Assembly: GCA_038496445.1 (NCBI GenBank)
Contig: JALMLS010000299.1
Span: 186,001-250,000, forward strand
Source of the DNA: Trichosphaerium sp. ATCC 40318
Lineage: Eukaryota; Protista; Tubulinea
Length of the DNA: 64,000 nucleotides
Direction: 5' to 3'
Shown here: positions 24,968-36,763 of the stretch, piece by piece
Numbering within the stretch: position 1 is the stretch's first letter
How the letters are laid out: the number at the start of each line of letters is the position of its first letter
Made by a program: the position numbers and the translations under genes
Notes under the pieces: model-generated
Databases searched by the model: none
The model's input: the letters and a program-made list of their open reading frames with translations, nothing else
Told to the model about the DNA's origin: nothing

Positions 24968-25483
24968 CTATCGAGATGCTTCGTTGGCTTCGTCTATCAA
25001 ACCATCTCTCATCATGTGAGTCTTTACACGAACGCGATCGTTGAAGCTGCAAGGGTTGTGAGAATTGGTTAAAAGTTAGCGCTAAACGCACAGCATAGCT
25101 TGACAAGTTTCGTATGCGTGTTTTTCATGATGACAGCTCCAACTCATAAAAAAGTGATCCCATTGACACGCCCATAATATTGTAGCAAGACCTAGAGGCG
25201 AATTAGCGTCTGTTTGAGTTGTAATAACATCAAAATTTTGCTGCACAGGCTTTTCGTACCACCGCAGCGATCTCTGGTACGAAGTGGCGCATGGTGTTGT
25301 TCTAATAAGGCCAGTGTTGGTGGAGGAGGCACTAAAACGAATTAAATTATTGTTCGTTTGTAAATTACTTACGTCTGCCCTTTGCCATCTCAGCGACTGC
25401 GTAATCGTAGTCGTACTCTTCCCATTCCTCATAAATGTTAATACTACCAATCAAATACGACATACCTTAGTTTCGTAGTGCAT
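24968..25483 (-). CDS. NDUFB7: Mitochondrial complex I subunit B18 homologue
   Basis: Spliced APLRTRDRCGGLATILWAC...WSCHHEKHAYETCQ, giving twin CX9C motifs typical of NDUFB7. Confidence 0.8.
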
Positions 25484-26084
25484 TTGCAACAGTTAGTAGC
25501 TTTCAATGCGTTGAGGCGTAGTCTTTGTAAGTCCGTTCTGAGCCAAAAAAAAAAACCTAAATCAAGACTGAAGGCTAAGTAGCCTTGTACTGTTTTCAAT
25601 ATGATGCTTTAATTGTACAACCTAATCAGTGCTTGAAAGGCGGACAGGACAGTGCGAGGCTGTCCTCTCTGAGGGTAAATTTGAGAGCCACAACGATAAA
25701 AAAATAAGAAATGTATTGCGAATTTACAGTTTACAGATTTCGACAAGACACTTTTTACAGCCGCTTCGTTATTGTTAGTTTCACAAGAAAATCGAAGACA
25801 GCTTCAGACTATGCATTAGCTAACACACAATGGTACCTAAGAATATGCGCTAGACTATTCTACACGTGCAAAACGAACTATCTTTATCTATTTGTCTGTT
25901 AAAGTTTAGTGTGCCGCGAGACTGTTGCTGGTTCTTGTCAATAACTCTGTGTTGCTACTTCACCGGAAATACCAAAGCAGGTAAAACGCGCCTGTACATG
26001 CCTTATAAAAGAGCGGAGCAACAACACAAATGTCCACCATGTGAACAACAGTGTACACAAAAAACTTCATTACGAAAGTTCAAA

Positions 26085-27002
26085 ATGAAGTACGCAGCTC
26101 TTCTTCTTGTTGCCATCGCCGCAGTAGCTCTTTGCGCTGAACCAACTAAGCCTAAATGGCCAGAAGCTTACTCAGCAACGTGCGTTGTCGAAAAACTTCT
26201 ACTCTTACAAATGGTAGCTTGTTCATCCGCCACACACCAGGGCATGGTCACGAGCACAGACCAGAAGAATTCGCTAGGTAAAATAGTTACGGTTTAGTTA
26301 CGGACGTTAACGCCACAATTTTTTCCAGGGTAATGTATGATCACGTGAAAAAAATGGGTCGTCGTGACGGTTTTTTGGAGTTCAAAGATGAGGTGATCTT
26401 TTTTTACCAATTGTTTTGGACAAACATTTTCTTACTAGTTCTAGGTCTACTTCGGAAAGCGGTACAACCCAAACGCAGGAAGTTCGTTTTTACCAACTTA
26501 TTTTTAGTGTATGGAATCACGTTGAGGACAAAGAATACCACGTCTTCTATCGCCAAGGTTTCGAGACATGCTATGTAAGAGCACTCAACACCACAATGCC
26601 ATTCCCTACCTTTAATAACGTAAAATACATTGGCGAGGTAAGACAAAAGATTTCGTTGTACTATGTACTCTAACCCTTTTACAAAGTCAGTAGTAGATGG
26701 CCACCTATGCTACAGCTGGATTGGTATGCTTATGCGTTGTTGCTATTCCTATTAACTTTTCAACAGAGGAAGACCCAAAGGAACGCAGGACACTCCTATA
26801 CTATGATCGTCAAGACGACAGATCTCCAAAGCGTATTGAAGTTGATTTTGGTCGTGGTGTTGCTGAGACATGGGATTTCCACGAGTTCGATGCTTGTCCT
26901 CAAGATAAGGAACTTTACGTACGTAACTCAAACCAACGGCATTTCGTTGACATTCTTGACTAGGAGATCGGTTGGATCAAGGACCACTGTAACCCTGTAT
27001 GA
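26085..27002 (+). CDS. Secreted ependymin-related / LolA-fold-like protein
   Basis: MKYAALLLVAIAAVALCA signal; PKWPEAYSAT; VMYDH; KYIGESVVDGHLCYSW; WDFHEFD. Confidence 0.7.
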
Positions 27003-27198
27003 GCAACACGCTCACATCAATAAAAGCAAAGCTTTTCGCAGCCCCTTTTTTGTTTAATGCCAAAGAATAAAAAAAGAAAAACTCAGTTTTGTAGTTGTTT
27101 ATCTACAATCACTAGACGATTTTATGATTCGTCAACTCTACAAAAATTGCTAGTACCACACGGTTGTTTCGAACGCGTTAATACTGTGACGCTTTTTG

Positions 27199-29794
27199 TC
27201 ATAGTTGGCCTTTGTCGTTTTGTATTACATGTTGTGCTAGTTGTTTGTACAACGCCAATAGCTCTGGGATATCTCGCATTGTTAGGTCTATAGCTTCAAC
27301 ATTCAAAAAGCGATCCTAGAAAATAGTTAGCCCGGTTGTTGAGAGAAATAGTTCTTACTATATCCTTGATATTATGGGCTTCTTTGTGGTTCATTAATAG
27401 CTCCGTAGACTGTGGCGCTGAATTATACTTGTGGTTTGCCTCATCAACTTCCTGTGAAAAAACAAATTATTACTTGTTTATGAAGAAAGGTAATGTCGGT
27501 ACCTTTGTTGGGGATGGTGTCATTGCTACATTAAAATCGATAAGAGGTCCAGGTGCTGGTGTGGATGGTGGAGAAACCATTTCTATAGGTGCTGTGACTT
27601 CTTGAGATGCTTCGCTACTCTGAACTAGTTCACCAACGGTGGAGTCCCGACTAGAGAAAGCTTTTGCTGAAGGCCGCGAAGAATCGCCTGAAAACACTTC
27701 CTCAGGTTTATTAGGCTGAAGAGGTAACATTGTAAGTGGCACAGAGCTGTTGTTTTTTGGCACTAAAGCATCTTCCGCTATTTTGTAAAGCCTTTAATAT
27801 CGTTAGTGGTGGAACTAAGAGATGACCAAACCTTGCAAATTCTTCATTTTCTATGTTAAGCTTTGTGGCGTCCAAGTTTTCTAAAAAGTCTACAGCAGAT
27901 TCCAAGTGTGTAAAATAATAACCACTCTCTGTGATCATCTTCTTTGGGTCTCTAAACCTTTGTATATATCTTTTAGGTTAAGATAAATGGTAGTTACATC
28001 GTTATGTGGTAAAAGAAGTAGGATACTGAATATTAGAGCATAGCTGTGGCGGATTAGCTTTGAGTACGATATATATTAATATTGGTAAGAATTCATCAGC
28101 ACCAGCAGGGTGTCCTTGAGAGCTTGCTTTGTTTAAAATTCCTGGATATTAAGGAGAAAAATCGCAAAAATGACAATGGAAAAAAATGTCAAAATGTGTA
28201 ATGACATGTGTCACAAAGGATACGGTAAATAACCTTACAACAGTTTAAAATGCAAATCATTTTATCACGTGGGGCACGGTAATTGTTAATTTTCCGTAGC
28301 TCTATACAATACATTAAGGCGCAACGTGTTATATGATGGTAAAATAAATTGCGTGCCTTGAACACCCAGATCAAATTTCTTGTCATCAGTATGATACTTT
28401 GCAATGTCCAAATGACTTGGCGTTATAAATTGCATACACTTTATTCGTTTTGTAATGGCTTTATCCCTTGCTAACTCTTCTATACTTGATGAAAAGCAAC
28501 TGTGACGCATAAGTGATACAGAAGGAAAAGATTTAAAGCCGCACCAATCAAAAATTTTTATCATTAGATATTTTTCTATTTGCTCTGAAATGACGTCAAC
28601 TTCTTCTTGCGTGGCTTCTCTGTAGAGTCAAAAATTAGCCATGTTCAAAAAAATAGTCTCTGTACCGCCACAATTTGTGTTCATTCATTTTGTCCATAAT
28701 ATGGTCTATAAACCCACGCACTTCATCAACTTGCTCTTCTGTGTTCGGCGGTGTAGTAAGAAACGCAGAAACCCACCTAAATATCATATTACATTACAAG
28801 GGATTCGTCATTTACAGCCTTACGCTCTAACATGACTGTATATATCAAGAGCTTTAGGATCTTTGAACTTTGCCCAAAATAAATCTTTACCGACCAATCC
28901 TGTCTTATCTGTGCTGCTCGTCTCCTTTGCGCCGGCTACTGCCCCAAAAAGCCTTCCCCATCTACTCTATTAATACATATACAATTCCTATGGTAAATCA
29001 CGTACCGACTTTCTGACTTGTCTTGCTTTTTCTGCAATTTTGCTTCAATCTTCGCCTTGCTCCATGAACAGCCACTGTATGTTAAAGGTTCTGATATCAA
29101 AGTAATGTGAATATTATGTCCTTGAATACTCATTTCACCATCGCGAAGTACTTGCACTGTCTGTAAAGGGTTTTTTGCGGAAGAAAATTTAGCGTAAGTG
29201 TCACTAAAATTCGTTTAGTCTGAAAAACGCTTTACGTTTGTAGCAAACGTCGACGTACGCTAATGAACTGAAGATAACTTGTTTCCTTGGGTTTGGCTTA
29301 ATTTGCTTCCTTTCTGATATTCTGTGCATTACTTTAACATCGCCCTTTAGTTTGTGTTAATAATGCGCCACTTTCTAAGATGATCTTGTGTACTTTAGTT
29401 TCTGTTATGCCTAAAATGCCTGATAAAAGTTTAGATAACGTTATGTTAATGCGTTGTTGCTCGCACCATTTACAGTGAGTAATTGCTTCTTGTTTGATGG
29501 GTTTGTAAGCACAACGTGTGTCAGGATAAATTGCTTTGTAACATCAATGCCTGCAAGGGCCACATTCTGAGGTACCAATATGGAAGCCTGGTACAGAGTA
29601 TCAAAGAAGTGAGGTAAAATAGCACTCAAATTACCTTTTTGTAAATAATAGGTTTTACGAGGTCTCTAAACGCTGGCTGCTGTAGTTTGATAAGTATGGC
29701 GTTATTCTCCCTGCGAACAGTTAGTACGATAGTGGGATTGCTTAGTCGCTTACCTTTCGTAGTCTAAGAACGTGCTCTGTATTCCCGCTGACAT
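27199..29794 (-). CDS. VPS9-domain Rab5 GEF with VARP/ANKRD27-like N-terminal domain
   Basis: [25 protein letters not shown]...[32 protein letters not shown]...ESGYYFTHL; C-terminal [17 protein letters not shown]. Confidence 0.9.
27970..28026 (-). other. U12-type GT-AG intron
   Basis: Donor GTATCCTAC; TATCTTAAC followed by CTAAAAG. Removal restores SNIQYIQRF. Confidence 0.8.
28142..28223 (-). other. U12-type GT-AG intron
   Basis: Donor GTATCCTTT; TCTCCTTAAT followed by ATCCAG. Removal restores [10 protein letters not shown]. Confidence 0.88.
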
Positions 29795-29920
29795 GTTTGG
29801 GCGTTAGGCAGAACTCATACGTTGTCTGGGGCACTGGAGAATTTAAAACTAGAAATTTTGTAGCAAATTTACGAGACTGGTGTAAAAAAGTCTGCCTTAG
29901 TTTTTGACGCCATCTACAAC

Positions 29921-31866
29921 ATGTTGGGGAGTGCTGCGGTACAGGCCGAGAAAAACCCGAAGCGAAATTCGCTTCTTCTGCTGTTGCTGGTGTTTTTGGT
30001 TGTTCTTTTAACACTGCTTTGTGGCGTGTTGTTTCAGTTCATGGTAGACACTAAGGTGTCTTTCAAAGCGTTGTACAGTAGTTATGATCCGCATTACAAG
30101 CCTGTCGTTTTAAAACCATCGAGTGGTACGTAGTTTGCTACCTCACGTGATTGTTTATTGTTATAGCTGATGTAAAGCATATCGTAAAACGAATGAAGTA
30201 TTGGCGCCCTATAAATGAACAAAAACCTATCAATGAAGAACGTTGGCTTGTTTTCGAGCCATGGCGCGTAGTATGGAAATTTATACTAATTTTAACACGT
30301 CAACAGGGCAGCTGGCATAAATAATCGAAGAATGTCACTAGAAACGATGGTTGTAATGGCTTATCTGACTAACAGGCAACAAAAAATTCTCAAATGTCGG
30401 ATTGACACTCTCATAGAACCCTTGTACTACCAAAGCCATACGTACAATACCCCTATTTACAAAAAGTGTCTTACACTCATGTACGTGCATGTAAGTTGTA
30501 TTGTAGACTCACAGTGTACTAGTTATGGGATATTGAAGACATGGCACGCGCTGTACCAATCGTGGAATTTGATTATTTCGAAAATAATTATGCTGCCTCT
30601 CATCCAGGTAACCACGTGCCTAGTTTCTCTCTTACTAACTCTTTGAAGGATGGTATGATGAAAATAATCCACAAGTGATGTTTGTATGCAGATGGACTGA
30701 TATTCCGCAGCAGCAAACAATATTTGCATGGCCGAGAGTCCCAGTCATTGTACAATGGTAAATTTCAACTTTTATCAACTAAAATGTCTAAAGGCAACAC
30801 CTTTACGGGATATGATGGAGAAATGGAGAGCTCCTAAGATTGGAACACTATATAGTAGCGAGCCACCTGGTTTCAATACAGCGCCAGTACTGCACTTCCC
30901 TGGAAGCGTTGTATTTACACATTTTTACACTTGGTATTGGTAAGGGAACCTTTTTTGACTTGTCAGTAGTAAATTAAATGTATGAAGGTACTCGGAACCT
31001 ATTATGTTCAAGCAAGTAGCGCAGCTTATGAAGGATTACGTACACTTTGTACCAGAAGTTTATGTTTTATCTGCAAGAATATTGGCCGCTATGCCAAAGA
31101 CATTCTCGACAATACATTACAGACGAGGCGATTTTCGTATCCAGTAGCAATGAATTTTTTGTCACATGTGTTTATTTTGTGCCCTTAACTTTAGACCAGA
31201 GTATAAAGACCAGCGACACATTACACCCAATCAAGTATTTGAAAACACGTTTGAGTTATTTGAGGTACTTTTCCGCGCTCTTGTGCATCTTAATTAAGTG
31301 TCACGAAGGAAGGAGAAGACATATACGTAGCAACTGATGAAGACATGAAAGTTTTCAAGCGCGATTTTATACCTGTATTCGAGGTATACAGTTTTACCTT
31401 TAATTACTATTATAGTTTGCTAATGATCTCAAAGAAACGCTATAAAGTACATTACTACGGCATGTACGAGGATTTGATCAAGTCTGATGTCACAAACGTG
31501 TGGCTTCCAATGGTTGAAACTGTAATTTCATCTCAAGGCAGAGTTTTTGTTGGCACTTTGTAAGTTTATCCTCATTTCATTAGTTTCTCAATGCTAACCT
31601 TGTAAAGGTTGTCTACATTTTCAGGGTACATTACGCGATTGCGTGGATACATGCCTCAAGTAGAGAATAAAGAATATTATTGGACCTGTTATAAGTATCC
31701 AAATGATCCTGGATACACTGATGGTCCATTTACAAGTGAAAACCACTTGCATGGTACTTAAAAAATTGTGAATCTAAACCTAAAACGCTTAGGCTGGGGC
31801 AGAGAGTATCCAGACGCATGGAGCGGTCTAGCAACTGTTGAACCAGAAATGAATGATTCAAAATAA
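29921..31866 (+). CDS. Type II membrane O-fucosyltransferase-family (POFUT-like, GT-B) glycosyltransferase
   Basis: N-terminal TM; FEPWAAGINNRRMSLE; TNRTLVLP; IHYRRGDF; IYVATDE; FVGTLLSTFSGYITRLRG. Confidence 0.85.
31137..31194 (+). other. U12-type GT-AG intron
   Basis: Donor GTATCCAG (variant); GCCCTTAAC followed by TTTAG. Lies directly after HYRRGDF. Confidence 0.7.
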
Positions 31867-32007
31867 AAATGTAATGTAGAGTAATATTTATTTGGTGTGC
31901 GGGGCCAAGCTATCTTGTGTGACACCTTTGGTTTTTTTTTTGGCTACTAAAATTGTACAAAGGTTGGTTTTGGCTATCAAATCTTTGTTCTCGCAAATAC
32001 AACACAA

Positions 32008-33532
32008 ATGGCAGCTTTGGGCATTGGAAATCCTCTATTAGATATCAGCGTAAACGCACCTGATTCATTGTTCGCAAAGTAAGGCTTTGGAGTGTTAAAA
32101 AAAGTTTTTTTGTCTTATTCTGCTTAGATACAAATTGGAGACCGGTAAGGCTATTCTCGCTGAGCCAGAGCACCTTCCATTGTGCGTAATATAACTTCAA
32201 CGCCAAAGCTAACAAAAAGTAAGGTACCCTGAAATTCAGGCTAACAAAGATGCTGAATACACTGCCGGTGGTGCTTGTCAGGTACGTAGAGGAAGAGTTT
32301 TCCTGACGACTTCTCACTTCATCGCTTCCGCACGAACACGCTAATAATATTGTAGAACACTATGAGAATTATCTCTTGGATGCTACCAGGTGGTAAATCC
32401 TCAAACTACATTGGTTGCGTCGGTAAAGACGACAACGGAAAGCTCTTGGGGTATCTACGCTACAGAAAGTTTTTCATTGACGCGTTTTTAGCACCGTATG
32501 TAAAAAAGCCGGTGTAAACGTCCACTACTTGGAAGATGAAAAAACAGCAACTGGAACATGCGCTGTTCTCATCAAGGACAAAGAACGGTAACCGGAGAAA
32601 TAGAAAAAAATCAATCTTAATTCTTTTTAGTGCCCTAATCACAAACCTTGGTGCCGCCAACTGCTACACCACAGAACACTTTGACACACCAGCAATTCAA
32701 GAAGTTGTCAAGTCCTCAAAGTTCTTCTACGCAACCAGCTTTTTCTTGACTGTCTCTCCAGAGACACTTGTCAAAATTGGCAAACACGCTGCCAGCAACA
32801 ACCAAGTACGCTTTTTTCAAAGATATCCAAAAATTGTGATAGCACTATTGTCCGTGCATGCCGACTGACCACATTTCTTAATAGCTATTTATGCTCAACA
32901 TTTCTGCTGAATTTTTGGTTCAATTCTTCTGGGATCAAATGCACCAAGTATTGCCATACGTCGATATTCTTTTCGGTAACGAACACGAAGCCGCTGAATA
33001 CGCCAAGAAAAAGGGATGGGATGTACGTGGAACCCTACTAAGTTATGAACATACTGACGTATTTTATTAGGCCACCGACTTGAAGACTGTAGCTAAGAAA
33101 CTCGCTGAAGAGGGTCCAAAAGTAAACGACAAGAGAAAGAGAATTGTTGTATTTACTCAAGTACGTTACATGAACTTCTTGTGCAATACAAAAAAAAATA
33201 ACACTCTTTCTTAGGGCGCTGACCCAACCCTTGTCTACAAAGATGGTAAAATCACTGAGTACCCTGTTCTTCCATGTCCTCGTGAGGAAATTGTTGACTT
33301 GAACGGTGCTGGTGATACCTTCGTTGGAGGATTCATCGCTGGGTACGTTGAAATGCTGCTTTTTTTTTGTCGCTTTAATTCTTCCATAATGCTAACAATC
33401 ATTCCCTTTAGTTTGTTGTCTGAAAAGCCTCTTGAAGAGTGCGTAAAGGCCGGCCAATTCTGTGCTTGGAATTGCATCCGTAGCTCTGGTGTAACTGTAC
33501 CAGAAACTTGCACCTACAAATGGTCAAACTAA
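32008..33532 (+). CDS. ADK: Adenosine kinase
   Basis: GIGNPLLDIS; AGGACQNT; TGTCAVLI; LITNLGAAN; DILFGNEHEA; VDLNGAGDTFVGGF. Confidence 0.95.
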
Positions 33533-33664
33533 ACGTGTAATGTGCAGCTGTAGAAGCGTTTACAAATTTTTATAAACACGAAATTGCACAAAATGAAAAT
33601 GTGACATTTGACAGGTGTCAATGTCATTCCTAATTTTCTTTTTGGCGCACCTTTTCGTTGGCGC

Positions 33665-35237
33665 TCATTTCCTGCCCTTTAGCATCTGGAAAACAGCACG
33701 ATTACTCAAATTGGTTGTTAAGAATTTAATAAATTCTAGTACAGCCACATCAGCCTTTTTTCTTTTGTTGGTGTATACCAATACCAGCGATATTCTTTGC
33801 TCTGCATTGCAAATGTAGTACGTGGCTGGCATTTTGTTGTCGTAAAAATATATGGGTATATGTGGCTTCCTTCGGTTAGAACCCTGATTGTCTTGTATGA
33901 GACTGACAACGTTCGGCATGTGCTCCATCGATAGTCGCTCTGGAATAGCAAAAACAGTAGGATATGATTTTAAACCAGTTAATGGTTCGTCTGGCATGGA
34001 CACTGGACAAACATATGGTGATTGTGGATTAACGTGGGTGCCTTGTGTATCGTAAACAATGCTTTGAGAGAAAAAAAGTTAGCTAGATACAATTAACATT
34101 AGCACGTACCTAAAGTTAAAGCATGCAGTGCGGCTTACAAACTGAGCGCATAATTGCGCATAATTCAGCCACAATTTGGATCGCATCGATGCCAGAGGGG
34201 ATTTTGGAAAGAAAGTATCTTGTCGCTTTTACAAGGATTATATTAGTACATTGTAGTTTATTTTGTACAAAATGAATACAATAACGTTTGACTTGACGTA
34301 CTGTTTTGAAGAAGTCATGAAAGTAAAATGTAAGTTTTGCTGTGATGGCACTGAATAAACGATCCAGCCATGCGTGAAGTGCAGTTCTCGGTATTTTTAC
34401 TTCCCTCTATTATTGTGGAGTGAGGGAAACTGGGGCTATTAGAGTTTTTTAGTACCTGACTTGGAGATGTCGAAAAATCAGCTAGAGCTGATTTTGCGCT
34501 CAACATATGGCAAACACATTCCTTCAAGTTGTACCTCGCCAAAGCTGACTGACAGGCGAGTAGATGACGCAAGGCAGTTAACTCAGAACTAATTGCGTTT
34601 AACAGTTGGGTATTACTTTTTGACAATTAGTTGTACCTGAATGTTACTGCTACATTTGTTACTGTTGCGTGCTTGATATCACGTGTTAGTGCCACGTGAA
34701 TCGTGTCTATACGAGCAACAATAGAAATTAAGTCTTGAGGCTTGTCAGAACTCAATGTACGATATATTTCTAAGGATTGTAATCTAGTTGATACGATGCT
34801 TATAATATCCTGAATGAGAAGGGAGTATTGACTTTGTGGTTTGTCTGGTGCTTGTAAAAATTGAGGGTATATTTTGCTGAGCTGGGTGAGTATAAGGTTG
34901 TACATGTATACGAGATCCTACAAGTGTCAATGTCAAAAAATAGTGTTCTATGCGCCTAAGGAAAACTCGTGGTAATACCTTTTTGCGAATCCATTTGTAT
35001 TCAAGATAAGAAAGGTTGTAGTACATCATTTCGCATTGAGCTAATTGTACTAATGAAGGAGCTAATAACCACGGCGATTTAGCGTTTTGAGCAGTCTACA
35101 AATATTAAACGTCAACTAAACTTTGGCTTCGTCGCTACCTGGTATGGTTTGAGGACGTCAGCTGCTTTACTACAGCTTAGGCGCTCTAATTCTGCAAAGA
35201 AGATCTCTACAGCGTCGCTGAATCTTAGTTTATCCAT
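33665..35237 (-). CDS. KICS2: KICSTOR subunit 2 (C12orf66) homologue
   Basis: LAQCEMMYYNLSYL; ELTALRHLL; PLTGLKSYPTVFAIP..EHMPNVVSLI; FYDNKMPATYY. Confidence 0.75.
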
Positions 35238-35342
35238 GCTTGAATGTTTGGCGTTTAGGGCTCCCGCTCTAAAGAGCATTTGTACTAAAAAGGCGGCCAA
35301 AAAGTCTGTGGTAGTCAAATAGTTTTGCAATAACCAACAACA

Positions 35343-36563
35343 ATGGCCGAACAAAAAGAATATCTAACCAAGATACAAGATATCACATCCACTCAAACTA
35401 TTGACGAGCAAGCCAAGACGTTTTTGCGTGCTTTTGTAGCAGAGTTCTCAGGAAAGTAAGTGTAGTAGTTGTGCTACGCTCTAGCTAATTCGTGGTAGCT
35501 TCGAGGTCATACTCGATTTAGCTGCAGCTTTCAAGACATTTATTCCGGTACTATGCAACTACATGTACTCTGTTCTGACTAATAATTAGGAAGATGACCA
35601 AGAGCTAAAGATTCAAGGTTTGCAACTAAGTAGTATAATGTATATTCACTAACAAAATGCCAGAACTTCCAGAATTTGATGCTCATCGCTTCTTGGAAGT
35701 GCGTGTAGGATTTTATAGGCGTCAACTAATATAGTTAGTCACGTGGTGAAACAAAAACAGTGAAGCAAATGCGTGCTGCTTTGTACGCAATTGATCTCGA
35801 TAAGAACACAAAGGTAGCTTTCATCGGTAAGTAGTGAAGCATTACTTAATATGAGGCTAATTGTACCGTAGAATACTTGATGTTTAAGTATGATAAGACT
35901 CTTGAACAACTATTCACTGGTGCGCATCTTGCAACTACTCCTTGTGTTAAATACTCCTTCAAGCAAAACCAAACACTGCTGCTTTGGCGAAACTAGAGAA
36001 AGCAATTGCTCAGTACATGGCAGTATTCGAAGAGAAGAAGCAGAAAGAGCAGAAAATGCAAGATCTAGAAAAGGTAAATTTGATTGTCATCTATGCCATT
36101 GCTGAGTTTTTTGCAGAGGGCTAAGGCTGGCGATAACAAAGCCAAATCTGAGCTAAGACGTATGCAAATGGTACTAAACTACTTCCTATTGTTTTTTATA
36201 ACAAGTGTTTAGCAAGATCCTGCTCAAGAAGCCAAGAACGAGATGTGCGCTACAACTATGTGAAACGTTTTCTCATTGTCTTAGGCAAGCCCTTCAAGCA
36301 AAATTGGCTGCAAAACGCGCTCTTAAAAATCCAGGAGATGCTGACGCAGAGGTAACATACAAACTGCTTATGTGACCTTTTCTGACACATTTCGATGTAG
36401 GCGTTTAACAAAGAGCAACAGCGTATAGAAGACGAAAAGCGCAGAAAGGACCAAGAAGAAAAGAAAAAGGCACAAGATAGCCGCGCTAGATTGAAGGTAC
36501 AGTTTTCGTGTTTTAAACGCAACCTTATGTCGGTCGTAGGCGCGTGCAGCACTATGGGAATAG
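35343..36563 (+). CDS. abpB: Calcium-regulated 34-kDa F-actin-bundling protein (Dictyostelium ABP34-type)
   Basis: DEQAKTFLRAFV; FDAHRFLESRGETKTV; EF-hand IDLDKNTKVAFIEYL; C-terminal SRARLKARAALWE. Confidence 0.85.
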
Positions 36564-36763
36564 CGATTGTACCAACGTAGGTCCGTACAAACATCATCGT
36601 CTGTTATCGCCACCAGAAAAAAGTGACGCATCACGTGTTATAAAAACGGTTGGAATAAACTTATATTAATGCTATTCGAATAGTTTTCCTTTTTTCCGTT
36701 GTGGTATATAACAAAAAACTTGTGTGCTTTTTTTAGTTTTCCACAGTTCAAAGGGCGTTCCAC

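Noticed and set aside
32451-32491. ADK intron starting GTATCTAC with TTCATTGAC as a U12 candidate
   Set aside because: The donor lacks the second C and the branch match is weak, so it was not counted.
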